A stretch of DNA of 64,000 bases. Source: Candidatus Bathyarchaeota archaeon. Lineage in GTDB: Archaea > Thermoproteota > Bathyarchaeia > Bathyarchaeales > Bathycorpusculaceae. Each line of letters opens with the position of its first letter. Position 1 is the first letter of the stretch. A model generated the notes under the pieces. It did no database searches. It was not told where the DNA came from and saw nothing but the letters and a program-made list of their open reading frames with translations. The position numbers and the translations under genes are program-made. Below, one piece after another: positions 62,775 through 64,000 of this stretch. The stretch lies in NCBI GenBank assembly GCA_963777155.1, contig CAVZPM010000037.1, positions 1 through 64,000 of the forward strand, in the 5' to 3' direction.

Positions 62775-63207
62775 AAGCGACAACTGTGAAAGAAATCACC
62801 TTTCACTTCTTTTCCTTCACTTAAATTAACGGAATAAAGTAACCACAATCATCATGTTGCCTTTTCTTGCGTTCACCTTTCTTTTTGGATGGTGCCTATT
62901 ATGGAAAGAAAGGAACCCTTCAAACAAAAACCCTAAAACAAATATTCCTCAAAATAAGAAATACTAAGCCGAAAGTTGAGTACTCGCAGGATTGTAGGTG
63001 TTATCACACACCAACATTCGTTTAATACTCATGGATGGTTCTATAGTGAACAAGAGAAAGGAAAGGCTTCATTTAATTTGTCAATTTGGAACCAACATCT
63101 GACGTTGCACTCAGCCATTTTTCAAATGGTTCTGTTCCTTTGAACAACTTATTACAGCTTAAATATCTCGCAAAATTGAATTTCCCTAAAAGTATGGAGA
63201 ACCAAAA

Positions 63208-63966
63208 ATGTTCGGACAAAGATATCAACCCATCCACCCCACTAACATATTTATTGCTGCACTCAACGAAGAAGAAGGAGTCGGCGCCACCATATCGGAG
63301 CTTTCAGAGAACATAAATGCTAAACGCATTCTCTTAATTGATGGACACAGCCAAGATCGGACAGTTGAAGTCGCCAAGGAGCATGGCGCAGAAATCTTTT
63401 TCCAAGATGGCACAGGTAAAGGTGATGCGTTGGCCAAGGCGGTGCAATGTATGGGTGAGGATGTTGAGTATGTGGTTATCACTGATGCTGACTTTACTTA
63501 TCCGGCTGAACATGTGCCTGAAATGATTCAGATCCTCGAAAATAATCCTCATGTAGGTATGGTTTGCGGGAACAGGTTTAGTAAACAAGCTGAGGGAAAC
63601 GCTTTTCAAGGTCGATTCACTTTCGGAAACAAACTATTGGCTTTTGCTCATGGTTTCTTTAATGGAATAAATCTGCAAGATCCATTAACAGGATTGAGGG
63701 TTCTCCGCGCAGACATACTCAGGAAATGGGTCATTAAGTCTAAAGGTTTTGACATTGAAGTCGAGTTGAATCATCAGGTAGACAAACAAGGATTTGAGAC
63801 AGTTGAAGTCCCAATTGAATACCGTGAGCGTTTAGGGGAGAAAAAATTGAGGATGAAGCATGGCGCAACTATCCTGAAGAGAATTCTATTCGAAAGCTCA
63901 ATTCGCTTGGATAATTTTAACTTTTTTTCACGCTATTTTCATGGTATAAGGTTCAAGATCCATTAA
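63208..63966 (+). CDS. GT2 glycosyltransferase (Dpm1-like)
   Basis: AALNEE, DGHSQD, GKG.A, TDADFTY, FDIEVE, EVPI.Y..R.G.KKL. Confidence 0.9.
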   Translation: MFGQRYQPIHPTNIFIAALNEEEGVGATISELSENINAKRILLIDGHSQDRTVEVAKEHGAEIFFQDGTGKGDALAKAVQCMGEDVEYVVITDADFTYPAEHVPEMIQILENNPHVGMVCGNRFSKQAEGNAFQGRFTFGNKLLAFAHGFFNGINLQDPLTGLRVLRADILRKWVIKSKGFDIEVELNHQVDKQGFETVEVPIEYRERLGEKKLRMKHGATILKRILFESSIRLDNFNFFSRYFHGIRFKIH

Positions 63967-64000
63967 CAGGATTGCGGGTTGTCCGTGCAGACATACTCAG

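Overview
Archaeal chromosomal DNA, most likely Candidatus Bathyarchaeia. The evidence is an archaeal histone, TATA/BRE promoters, a tandem Lrp/AsnC regulator and five ~880-aa PQQ-like beta-propeller surface proteins ending in TM+RK(K/R)P; the taxon call is an inference from gene content. Many genes are split by single-base frameshifts, probably long-read indel errors. The window holds the end of a glycan-biosynthesis operon (1-8.3 kb), a RelE-type toxin-antitoxin pair, ion antiporters, a UDP-sugar dehydrogenase, an ABC-2 exporter and many small accessory genes. Main unexplained signals: (1) a 24-bp pseudo-palindrome TGTGACTGT-N6-ACAGTCACA about 3-5 bp upstream of the TATA box at about 10 promoters. 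The targets are dodecin, CsbD, lmo0937-like, cupin/GYD and small membrane genes plus a hairpin sRNA candidate, which looks like an archaeal general-stress regulon. (2) A 3.6-kb element (22511-26108) bounded by an exact 15-bp direct repeat and terminal inverted repeats, carrying an apparent solo-Cas1 C-terminal remnant (casposon-like), with related sites elsewhere in the window. (3) Conserved non-coding 3' tails and 5'-terminal hairpins on the divergent beta-propeller paralogues. (4) An 18-aa PAKK-repeat peptide gene head-to-head with the histone. All family calls are by eye; no searches were run.
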